A stretch of 64,000 bases of DNA from Candidatus Latescibacterota bacterium (GTDB lineage Bacteria > Latescibacterota > UBA2968 > UBA8231). Shown here piece after piece: positions 56,044-64,000 of the stretch (positions are counted from its first letter, which is position 1; every line of letters begins with the position of its first letter). The DNA lies in assembly GCA_965203175.1 (NCBI GenBank), contig OZ241867.1, forward strand, positions 5,760,001-5,824,000, given 5' to 3'. The position numbers and the translations under genes were made by a program. Below the pieces are notes generated by a model. It saw only the letters and a program-made list of their open reading frames with translations, was not told where the DNA came from and ran no database searches.

Positions 56044-57201
56044 ATGCAGCAAAGCCATTCCGTGTTGTACTGGGACGACGCTCGGTATTCCAGCTTCCCG
56101 ACCGTGGTAAAGGGAGACCGCGACGAACTCTGGGTCGGTTTCAACTGGAACTCCCACACGCCGCTGGCGCGCGGCGTCGAAGGTGCAGCGAACTCTCATT
56201 CAGGTGGACTGGCGGGAGGCGCAACTGGTCACGTGGAACTGTTCTCGCCGGATGGCGGAGATAGCTGGTTCGAAGAGGGGAAGGACGACCAGTACCGCGA
56301 GTGCCCAGAGACGCTGAGAAGCGCCGTGCTGAGCGACGGCACCCAGATCAGGATCTCCAGGCCCGTTAACGTGTACCCACCCGAACGCAGGAAGGAGTTC
56401 GCGCGACGCGGTTTTGCGGTGGAGGAGTTCCCCGAACGAATCCATGTGGAGCACAGCCTGCAGATGTCGCGCAAGCGACCGGGAGCAAGCGACTGGGAGC
56501 GTCGTCTGCTCAAGAGCGGCGAAGAGCTGCCGTTCTTCGCCCTGATCCGCAACGGGACCGACCTGAAGAGCTGCGTTCTCGCCGACGATACCATCGTGAG
56601 CCAGGTGTACGGCAGCGCCTCAGCAGGCGATCCCTTCCGGGCCTGGGTGCTGCGCTCCGAAGACGGCGGCGACACCTATGAGATGGTGACGATGGCGTAC
56701 GACGGCGGCGAGCATCCGTTCAACGAGAGTTCCCTCCTAACGCTGCCGAACGGACGCATCGTGGCGATGGTGCGCACGGCCAGCGGCAGCAAACGCATTC
56801 CACAAGAAGAGAAGTACCTGTTCCAGACGCACTCGGACGACGGTGGGAAAACCTGGAGCGAGGTCCGAAGGACCGAGATGTGGGGATACCCTCCGCACCT
56901 GTTGCTGCTAAGCAGCGGCAATGTCCTCTGCAGCTACGGATACCGGCGGGCTCCATACGGGGTGCGGGGCTGCTTGTCTCGCGACGGCTGCGAAACATGG
57001 GAAATCGCAGACGAGATCGCACTGCGCGACGACGGTCTCACCACCGATGGAACGGTGACCGGGAAAGGCACACCCGCCGATCTAGGTTATCCGCGAACAG
57101 TCGAACTCTCGGACGGCTCGCTGTTCACCGTGTACTACATGACCCTTGGCGACAGCGTAACTCACGTGGCGGCGACCCGGTGGGCGCTGGATCAAGCGTA
57201 G
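56044..57201 (+). CDS. Sialidase-family (BNR/Asp-box) beta-propeller protein
   Basis: Asp-boxes SPDGGDSW, SEDGGDTY, SDDGGKTW, SRDGCETW; DLGYP; start uncertain (55903 or 56044). Confidence 0.8.
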   Translation: MQQSHSVLYWDDARYSSFPTVVKGDRDELWVGFNWNSHTPLARGVEGAANSHSGGLAGGATGHVELFSPDGGDSWFEEGKDDQYRECPETLRSAVLSDGTQIRISRPVNVYPPERRKEFARRGFAVEEFPERIHVEHSLQMSRKRPGASDWERRLLKSGEELPFFALIRNGTDLKSCVLADDTIVSQVYGSASAGDPFRAWVLRSEDGGDTYEMVTMAYDGGEHPFNESSLLTLPNGRIVAMVRTASGSKRIPQEEKYLFQTHSDDGGKTWSEVRRTEMWGYPPHLLLLSSGNVLCSYGYRRAPYGVRGCLSRDGCETWEIADEIALRDDGLTTDGTVTGKGTPADLGYPRTVELSDGSLFTVYYMTLGDSVTHVAATRWALDQA

Positions 57202-57237
57202 GGCACGGCGGCGACCGTAGAAAGATTACAATTACAA

Positions 57238-58626
57238 ATGGCAGATTGTATTCTCCAAACTTTGATACCAGACATCGAACGCTTGGCCGCAACAACGGTC
57301 GCCAAGTATAGACTGCCCGGCATGGCACTCGGCATTATCCGCGATCGAGAACTCGCTTGGTTCGGCGGGTTTGGCGCAGCAGATCTCAATGCGGGCAAAA
57401 AACCCACTGAAAGCACGATTGCCCGCGTCGCCTCAGTGACCAAGACGTTCACGACAACTGCGATTATGCAGTTGCGGGACGCGGGACAACTCAAGTTGGA
57501 AGATCCACTAACACAGCACATTCCCGAATTTGCTTCAGCTCGCGCTATCCGCGGCGATGTCAATGGTGTGACGCTCCGACGATTGTTGACCCACCGCTCC
57601 GGCCTGGTCACCGAGTCGCCGACGCCCGGTTGGAATGATCTCCACTTCCCCAGCCGCGAGGAGATGCTTGGCAAACTGCCGGAGACGGGGATTGTCATCC
57701 CGCAGGACTCCACTTTCAAATACTCAAACCTTGCATTTGGATTACTCGGCGAAGTGGTGTACAGGCTCACCGGCACGCCATACATCGAATACGTCCACGC
57801 CAATATCATTGAGCCGCTCGGCCTAACATCCACAGTCTTCGACCTCACGGACGAATTGCGTCCTCACTTCTTTGTCGGTTATAACCCGACGCCCTACCAA
57901 GACCGTCCTGAACGCGCTCCTTACGCCCACCTGAACGGGATTGCAGCGGCGGGTCAACTGCATTCCACCGTTGGCGACTTGGCAAAGTGGGTATCGTTTC
58001 AATTCCAGACCGACGGCGGAGATCGCCGTGGGGCACAGGTACTCAAGGGACCAACACTGGTGGAGATTCAACAACCGCAATACGTCGAGCCGGACTGGTC
58101 GGCGGGGCAATGTCTAGGCTGGCGAGCAACCCGCATCGGCGACCATGTCTATCACAATCACGGCGGCGGGATTCACGGCTTTGGCACACAGGTGTGGTTT
58201 AACGTTCCACGGAAAACCGGCGTAGTTGTTCTCATCAACATGTGGCCCCCGCACGGAGGCCTTGAGATTGCAGAAGAAGTACTTGAAATGGTACTAAATG
58301 CCGACGAAGCAGTGCCGCTTGTACCAGAGCAACCAGCGCTTGAACCAACACCAGAGGCATTGCGGCGCTTTGTCGGTTATTATCGCGCCGAGCCGGGCAT
58401 TGATGTGGACATTGAGGTGCGCGACGGCAGCCTGCGGCTTGCGGCGCACGGTGGGTCTGCGTATTCCCTACACGCCCCGGCAGTCCTCGAACCGACGGAC
58501 AAAGAGGAGGAATGGCTCGTTCGCGAAGGTCGCGCAGCCGGAGAAATCGCCCTCTTTACGTTTGACGACGACGATCGCGTAATAAGCTACGAGTTAGGAG
58601 CTTTTGTGTTCAAAAAGTTGGTGTGA
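57238..58626 (+). CDS. Serine hydrolase, beta-lactamase class C / AmpC-like family
   Basis: SVTK (SxxK), LLTHRSG, YSN, HGG motifs. Confidence 0.9.
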   Translation: MADCILQTLIPDIERLAATTVAKYRLPGMALGIIRDRELAWFGGFGAADLNAGKKPTESTIARVASVTKTFTTTAIMQLRDAGQLKLEDPLTQHIPEFASARAIRGDVNGVTLRRLLTHRSGLVTESPTPGWNDLHFPSREEMLGKLPETGIVIPQDSTFKYSNLAFGLLGEVVYRLTGTPYIEYVHANIIEPLGLTSTVFDLTDELRPHFFVGYNPTPYQDRPERAPYAHLNGIAAAGQLHSTVGDLAKWVSFQFQTDGGDRRGAQVLKGPTLVEIQQPQYVEPDWSAGQCLGWRATRIGDHVYHNHGGGIHGFGTQVWFNVPRKTGVVVLINMWPPHGGLEIAEEVLEMVLNADEAVPLVPEQPALEPTPEALRRFVGYYRAEPGIDVDIEVRDGSLRLAAHGGSAYSLHAPAVLEPTDKEEEWLVREGRAAGEIALFTFDDDDRVISYELGAFVFKKLV

Positions 58627-58661
58627 CGAAGTGGCCCCTGCTCCACACCTGACTCACCTCT

Positions 58662-59387
58662 CTACCCAATTTCTGTGAGAACCGCTTTCAGTCGTTCCGG
58701 ATAGTTTGTCAAAATCCCATCAACGCCGATCTCGATGTAAGCTTGCATATCTTCAGGAGTATCCGCGTAGAAGACATGCACAACTCGTCCTGCCGCATGG
58801 GCCTTTTGCACAAACTCCCGAGTCGTTATGTCCCGTCCCGGCTGCATCGTCCGCAGCCCCATCTCTACTGATTTTCGGATATATTCCTCTGGGGTGCGAT
58901 CCGCGCGAAAGAGCCGGCACTCAATCTGCGAGTCAATCTCGGCAAAAATTCCAACGCTTTCATCGCTGCATGCCAAAATAGAAGCCTCTACCATCTGAAA
59001 CTCGCGCAATGCCTGTGCAACCTTGCGTTCATAGAGACCGTCTGGATTGCCTCCTTCTTTGAGGTGGACATTGAGTCTAACCTTCCCTTGTACGAGGTCT
59101 AATGCTTCCTCCCATGTTGGCACGCGCTCACCCTGAAACTGTTCACCAAACGCTCTTCCGGCGTCAAGGGCTTTGATTTCAGTTAGTGTGAGTTCGGCAA
59201 TCGCGCCCGTGCCATCTGTCGTTCGGTCTACGGTTGAGTCGTGCGTGACAATTAGATGGTCATCCTTTGTCATGTGGAGATCTAGCTCAATCTCATCAAC
59301 GTCAATTTCCAATGCCTTCTGAAAGGCGATCAACGTATTTTCGGGATAGTTCCCCGACGCACCCCGATGAGCAACATTAACGACCAT
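58662..59387 (-). CDS. Glycerophosphodiester phosphodiesterase family protein
   Basis: AHRGAS..PENT, ELD, HD, GVDGILTNYP; AGGAGG RBS. Confidence 0.9.
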   Translation of the reverse strand: MVVNVAHRGASGNYPENTLIAFQKALEIDVDEIELDLHMTKDDHLIVTHDSTVDRTTDGTGAIAELTLTEIKALDAGRAFGEQFQGERVPTWEEALDLVQGKVRLNVHLKEGGNPDGLYERKVAQALREFQMVEASILACSDESVGIFAEIDSQIECRLFRADRTPEEYIRKSVEMGLRTMQPGRDITTREFVQKAHAAGRVVHVFYADTPEDMQAYIEIGVDGILTNYPERLKAVLTEIG

Positions 59388-59474
59388 TTTTTATACCTCC
59401 TGAAGTTACTAGGCGAGCCTGCGATGGCAGCACCGTTGCAATGGCAGCCGTATTCCCGTCGAGCGTCGTGAAAA

Positions 59475-62135
59475 TTACGGCGTGCTACGGTACGGCACCA
59501 CCACAAACGCCACCCCCGTAGGCGAGTGCCGAGGATTTTCGTACACAGTCAACAGCGAACCGGCCACTACATCAGTTGCACGCTGCATGTGCCCCGAAGG
59601 CCAGCGCACGCGCACCACATCCGCTCGTTGATGTGCGCCTAAGCCGACAATCAAGGTCGCGCTGTTTTGGGCCGAAAAGCCCTCGCCGGCTCGATGCTCG
59701 CGCAGCAGCGTCCTCCCACCGACATCCACTTCCACCTGCACGCCATATCCATCGCGCACGCTCCATTCGCGTGAGACCTCGTCGCGGTCATTACCCCCCA
59801 CAAACCGCAACGCGAGGATATGCCCCGCCTTGCTGCGGTTGGCAAACAGCTCGCAGAACGGCTCGTTAGCATTGACGACGGCCAAATCAATGCGGCCATC
59901 GCGGTCGAAGTCCAAGGCAGCAAAAGCGCGACCATCCGCAGGCGAATCCGCCGCCGACAGACCCGACACGTCGATAAAGTCGCTACCTTCTACATTGAGA
60001 AAGAAGCGGTTGCGCTGGTATCCGCTGAGCGAGGCCCCAGCGTCGAGCCGCGCACCCACATTGTACGCCCCATCCGTCCGCCCATGGCGCACGACCGTGC
60101 GCCAAAACAAGCTTCAGGTATCCTCGGGAAGAGCGACTTCAGACGGCGGGGTGTAGTATCCACTCAGGGCGTAGATATCGAGGTCGCCGTCGTTGTCAAA
60201 GTCCAAAAACTGGCCGCCCCAGCCCCAGCCGCCGTCCTCCACCGGCGAGTCTGCAACGAGAGTGAAATCCTCATTGCCGTTCCGCAGGAGAGAGTTGCCC
60301 CGGGCCAAAGGGGCAAACGCCGCACCCGCCCACCCGGCAGCTTCCGTGATACGGCGACCAGCGCTGCTGTGCATGTTGGTCACGTACAGGTCTTGGCGAC
60401 CATCCCCGTCGTAATCGGCCCAACTCGCGCCCATGCCAAAGCCCGGATCCGCAGCCCCACTCTCCGCAGTGACATCGACGAGGGCACCGCCGTCATTGCG
60501 GAACAAGTTGTTAGCGGCAAAGTCATTGGCGAGGTAGAGATCCGGGTCGCCGTCGCGGTCGTAGTCGGCCCAAGTCGCCTGTAACGTATTGCGCCACACG
60601 GCGGCGGTTGGCTCAAAGCGACCGTCGCCAAGGTTGCGCAGCAGGACGTTAGGCGGCCCGGGCGCATCGTAGATGAGGTGGCCGATGCGGTCGCGGCTCA
60701 GGTCGTAGAGTGCGCGAGCGTGATCTGCAGACAGGAAGTCGGCCAACAGCGCACCACCCCAAGGCTCAGCTCGGGACGCGGAGGTAACCGTGGCGAGCAA
60801 CATCCGCGCGGCATACGTGGAGAAGTACGCATCGAGCAGACCGTCGCCGTCGTAATCGGCCGCTGAGATCGAGGCCACGAGGAACGGCAAGACGCCATCG
60901 CCCAAGTCGCGGGGAGCGAAGTGCCCGTCCTCGTTGATCATGTAGAGACTCGGCGCAAGCGTGCGGCCGAGGAATACATCCGGGTCGCCATCGTTGTCAA
61001 AATCGGCGAAGAGCGCGGTCGCGGTGTGGTGCTCCACATCGAGGCCGTATTGAGCTGCGCGCTCAGTGAACGTGCCGTCGCCGCCATTGTGCAACAGCAT
61101 GTTCCTACCCTGGCGCACGGCAATGTACAGGTCGTCGTACCCATCGGCGTCGATATCCACGACGCTAATGCCGGGATGGCGGTCAAAGGCCTGACGAGTG
61201 AAATAGCGATGCGGCGCGACGAACGCAGAGTCGCTAAACGACTGGCGCACCAGTTCGGCGTGGCGCGAGAACCTAGCCCGGGCGCGATCCTCGTCGCGCG
61301 GGAGCGCCTCATCGAGAACTTCGGCAAACAGCGCCTGCTCCCGAGTGATCATCTCCAGCGATTCGGTCTCCCAGCGCTGAATCCGCCAAGTGTCATCTTC
61401 CTGTTGCTGCCAGTCAAGCATTAGCCAAGCCCGAATTTGCGCACGCTCCCCGTCTTGTGTCTGCGCCGAGGCGTCGAAGCGCAGACGAGCTTGGTAGATC
61501 GTCTCTTCCGCGTCGAGAAAATGGCCAGTCTCAATGTGGAAGGCTGTATAGTCGAAGAAATGTACCGCAGCCAAGAGCGAATTCCACAGTTGAATGTCTG
61601 CGCCGTGAACCTGCTCGGCAGGTGCAATCCTCCATTGCTGGCGCTTAATCCCCAATGCCGGGACGATCTCGGTCGCCTCCGCGGTCTGCTCCACATCCGC
61701 AACAGCAACCGTAGCGGCAAAAAGCGCGCGAGCCGGCGCGGCGGGCAGTTGCCCTTGGTACATCCCCAAGGCGAGAAGTGGCAGAACCTCGCCGCTCAGA
61801 TGCTGCTGCACCGCTTCGCTGCGATCAATAGTCGCCAAGAGCCGGTTGCGTTCCTGCACCCTTTGCAGTGAGCGGGTCGTGCCGTATCCTCCAAGGACGG
61901 CAAATGTGCCAAAGGCGAGGACAACGAACACAATAGGAACTAGCGGCAGCCGAGGGCATCGCCAAACGAGCCAACCACCGCCAAAGAGCAAGGCGATCTG
62001 AAGGACGATGATACCCTCGATGCCAAGCGGATGCCCCGGAAAAAAATGCGCGAGGGCCAGCGGGTTGAAGGCCAAACCACTGAGCAGCAGAGCCACACCG
62101 GCGAGGCGCACGGCGGCGCGCGGGCGACTGGTCAC
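59475..62135 (-). CDS. Membrane-anchored CRTAC1/FG-GAP/ASPIC-UnbV protein, probable selenoprotein (in-frame UGA at codon 674)
   Basis: ORFs 60114-62135 and 59475-60110 are in frame, separated only by TGA+AGC (...PEDT-U-SLFWR...). FG-GAP repeats continue across the junction into an ASPIC/UnbV end. A SECIS-like hairpin follows the UGA. Confidence 0.8.
60085..60104 (-). promoter_or_regulatory. Bacterial SECIS-like stem-loop
   Basis: Minus strand: TGA-AGCTTGTTT-TGGCGCAC-GGTC-GTGCGCCA. Perfect 8-bp stem; G-led loop 17 nt after UGA. Confidence 0.72.
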
Positions 62136-62294
62136 CGGTCGTACCCTCCGCCTAGCAAATCAGAGATCAACCCTAGCCAGTACGAGACTGATTTACCCCA
62201 TTGGATGTAGTTTTTGTCCCGACAAGACAGCATAGTATATTAGACGCCAAACAGCCGCTCAGCCTCGGCAGATTCTAATAAAAGGAGGACGCTC

Positions 62295-63545
62295 CTGTTC
62301 GCTAAAATCGCCCGCCACGCCCTCGATCGGGTGCCCTTGTCCATCATCTTCGACGATTCCACAGTGCTAGTCAACCTCAACTATTTCTTCCTCCGCGACC
62401 GCACCATCGCCGAGGGCCGTCCCCAGCGCTGGGAGGATTTGCCAGTGGTCCATCCCGAGTCCTTTACCCGCGAATTCGCCGAATGGTGCCTAGCAAGCGG
62501 CGTCCGAGGCAAATTCTCAGTAGTCCCCTGCCCAGCGGCCCTAGGGCGTATCGACGAGGGTTTGCCCCTCTTCAGCAAAGCCCAGCAAGACGAATGGTTG
62601 GCCATGTGCCGCGAGGTCATCGTCCCCGCTTTCGACATCACGCCCGAGATGCTCACCCACACGTTCGTGTTAGATCCCAAAACCTTGCAGCCGCTGCCCT
62701 CTAGAATATGGGAGCAATACGATTGGGCCGCGCTGCCCGAAGACCAAGAAGAGTTGGTCACCGAGTACATCGCCCAAGCGTGCCGCATTCTAGTCGCTGT
62801 GGGCCTGACGCCGCAAGGAGTAACTTCGCCGGGCGGCTTCGGCGGTCGCACCCTGCCCTTTTACGCCCGCTGTGCTGGCGAGGCCGTGCGCCAAGTCACG
62901 GGCAACCCAGTGCCCTATTTTTTTCAGCGAGTCTCTAGGGAGGACACAGTGGACACCCCCGTGTGGTATCCCGATCGCCAAACCGGACAAGCCACCGGAG
63001 AAATCATCGCCTCCACTGGTGACTGGACCGGCAGTTGGACCGGCTATGGCGAGGTCGATCCCGACAAGTACATCACTCCCGACCTAGAAAGCGGTCGCCT
63101 ACCGGCCCTCATCGACGCGGGTGAACCGGCTGTGCTCATCAGCCATTGGCAGGGATTCTATGGGCTACACGATGAGGACCGGCGCGGCTTCAAGGCTTTC
63201 AAGAAGGTGGTGAGTCGCCTCGCCGAGCGCGATCCGAGGGGAGAGCGCACCCAATGGAGCACCTGTAGCCAAATCACCACCTATGCCTGCGCCCGCGCAA
63301 TGGCCGAGATCGCAGTAGAGGGCAACACCATCCGCCTCGACCTGCCGGTGCAGACCCCTGACCTGACCCTGCGCCTGACGAATGGAGAGGTGCGCTCAGT
63401 GCGGGTGGATGGCCGCCCATTGACGCGAGTTGCGAACCGCGCCGCTTTCAAAAGCGATACTTTCCTGCTAGAAGACGGAGCTACTTTAGTCGCCTTTGAC
63501 CCGGCCCAACGCCGAGTGCTAGTAGAAGTAGATTCGCTAAATTAG
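62295..63545 (+). CDS. Polysaccharide-deacetylase-like hypothetical protein; probable CTG start
   Basis: IIFDD, GKFSVVP, EMLTH, SPGGFG, SHW motifs; AAGGAGG 6 nt before in-frame CTG 62295; the track's GTG 62331 has no RBS. Confidence 0.6.
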   Translation: MFAKIARHALDRVPLSIIFDDSTVLVNLNYFFLRDRTIAEGRPQRWEDLPVVHPESFTREFAEWCLASGVRGKFSVVPCPAALGRIDEGLPLFSKAQQDEWLAMCREVIVPAFDITPEMLTHTFVLDPKTLQPLPSRIWEQYDWAALPEDQEELVTEYIAQACRILVAVGLTPQGVTSPGGFGGRTLPFYARCAGEAVRQVTGNPVPYFFQRVSREDTVDTPVWYPDRQTGQATGEIIASTGDWTGSWTGYGEVDPDKYITPDLESGRLPALIDAGEPAVLISHWQGFYGLHDEDRRGFKAFKKVVSRLAERDPRGERTQWSTCSQITTYACARAMAEIAVEGNTIRLDLPVQTPDLTLRLTNGEVRSVRVDGRPLTRVANRAAFKSDTFLLEDGATLVAFDPAQRRVLVEVDSLN

Positions 63546-63695
63546 ACGGAGACTATAACATGGACTTACGTTTATATATTTATCGCCTATAACAAACGTA
63601 TGTATTTATACGATAAACGAGATAGCTTCTCACAGGGGGTTCGAACAGTGAGCCTACCTAAGTACAGGATAACCCCTAATCCATGGAGAAAGACC

Positions 63696-64000
63696 ATGAA
63701 ACTTCTACTTACCTTCGTCTTTGCCCTTGCCGCTTGCTCTCCGAGCAACCCACCACCGCCCACAGCTCCCGCTAGTAAAGCCAATTGCCCCTTATGCGGC
63801 TTCATGGGCGATGACCGATACACCGCAGCCGACGATACTACGGACACCACAACCGACGATACTACCGACACCACAACCGACGATACTACCGACACCACAA
63901 CCGACGATACTACCGACGCCACAACCGACGATACCACAGATACCACAGCCGACGATACCACAGATACCACAGCCGACGATAACTTTGACATAGAGTTGGT
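63696..64000 (+). CDS. Lipoprotein with CxxC and Asp/Thr repeat linker (runs off right edge; not in ORF track)
   Basis: GGAG then ATG 63696; MKLLLTFVFALAAC lipobox; ..KANCPLCGF..; about six (A/T)DDTTD(T/A)T units then NFDIEL. Confidence 0.78.
   Translation, partial: MKLLLTFVFALAACSPSNPPPPTAPASKANCPLCGFMGDDRYTAADDTTDTTTDDTTDTTTDDTTDTTTDDTTDATTDDTTDTTADDTTDTTADDNFDIEL
63828..63980 (+). repeat. 24-bp coding tandem repeat, 6 full units plus a partial
   Basis: Unit approximately (A/G)CCGACGATAC(T/C)AC(C/A/G)GA(C/T)ACCACA at 63828, 63852, 63876, 63900, 63924, 63948, partial 63972. Confidence 0.95.

Noticed and set aside
57238-58626. Antibiotic-resistance beta-lactamase
   Set aside because: The motifs only place it in the broad serine hydrolase family; it has no signal peptide and no mobile context.
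59475-62135. Pseudogene or two separate genes
   Set aside because: There is a single clean in-frame TGA, no other decay, no RBS for the second part and a well-placed SECIS-like hairpin. Recoding is the better explanation, though unproven.
63828-63980. Possible CRISPR array
   Set aside because: Units are head-to-tail with no unique spacers, are a multiple of 3 and lie in frame in a lipoprotein; no cas genes.
63587-63993. Track ORFs 63587-63991 (-) and 63721-63993 (+)
   Set aside because: Alternate readings of the tandem repeat; the frame starting at ATG 63696 has the RBS and lipobox.

Overview
This is a GC-rich, densely coding bacterial window. I found no rRNA, tRNA, CRISPR array or mobile element. 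Gene content (FlgD-Ig/T9SS-like C-terminal domains, a 'TAVE..(T/S)WGxxK' C-terminal motif, DUF6785-like transporters, CRTAC1 proteins) suggests a Latescibacterota/Poribacteria-like FCB-affiliated lineage; this is inference. About 40 kb is taken up by two paralogous copies of a multi-gene envelope system (2.8-25.8 kb and 31.8-47.7 kb). Each copy encodes 3-4 secreted discoidin-like/WSxWS proteins ending in a PNGDG-type C-terminal domain with a terminal Tyr, a ~870-aa putative outer-membrane protein with Asp-rich loops, a CBM9-like WGxVK-tailed protein, a lipoprotein, a PPIase-like lipoprotein and DUF6785-like membrane proteins. Copy 1 adds a degenerate-M28/FtsX giant and an OPT-like transporter. 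A second highlight is a membrane-anchored CRTAC1/ASPIC-UnbV gene (59475-62135, minus) interrupted by one in-frame TGA that is followed by a bacterial SECIS-like hairpin, which makes it a probable selenoprotein. The rest is catabolic or accessory: di-heme peroxidase, FGE-domain protein, Ldh_2 dehydrogenase, SSS transporter with a tiny unannotated partner, PhyH dioxygenase, twin AllA-like cupins, Gfo/Idh/MocA, rhamnose mutarotase, spermidine-synthase-like membrane proteins, beta-propeller hydrolases, serine hydrolase, GDPD and a tandem-repeat lipoprotein at the right edge. All family calls come from motif recognition by eye; no database search was run.
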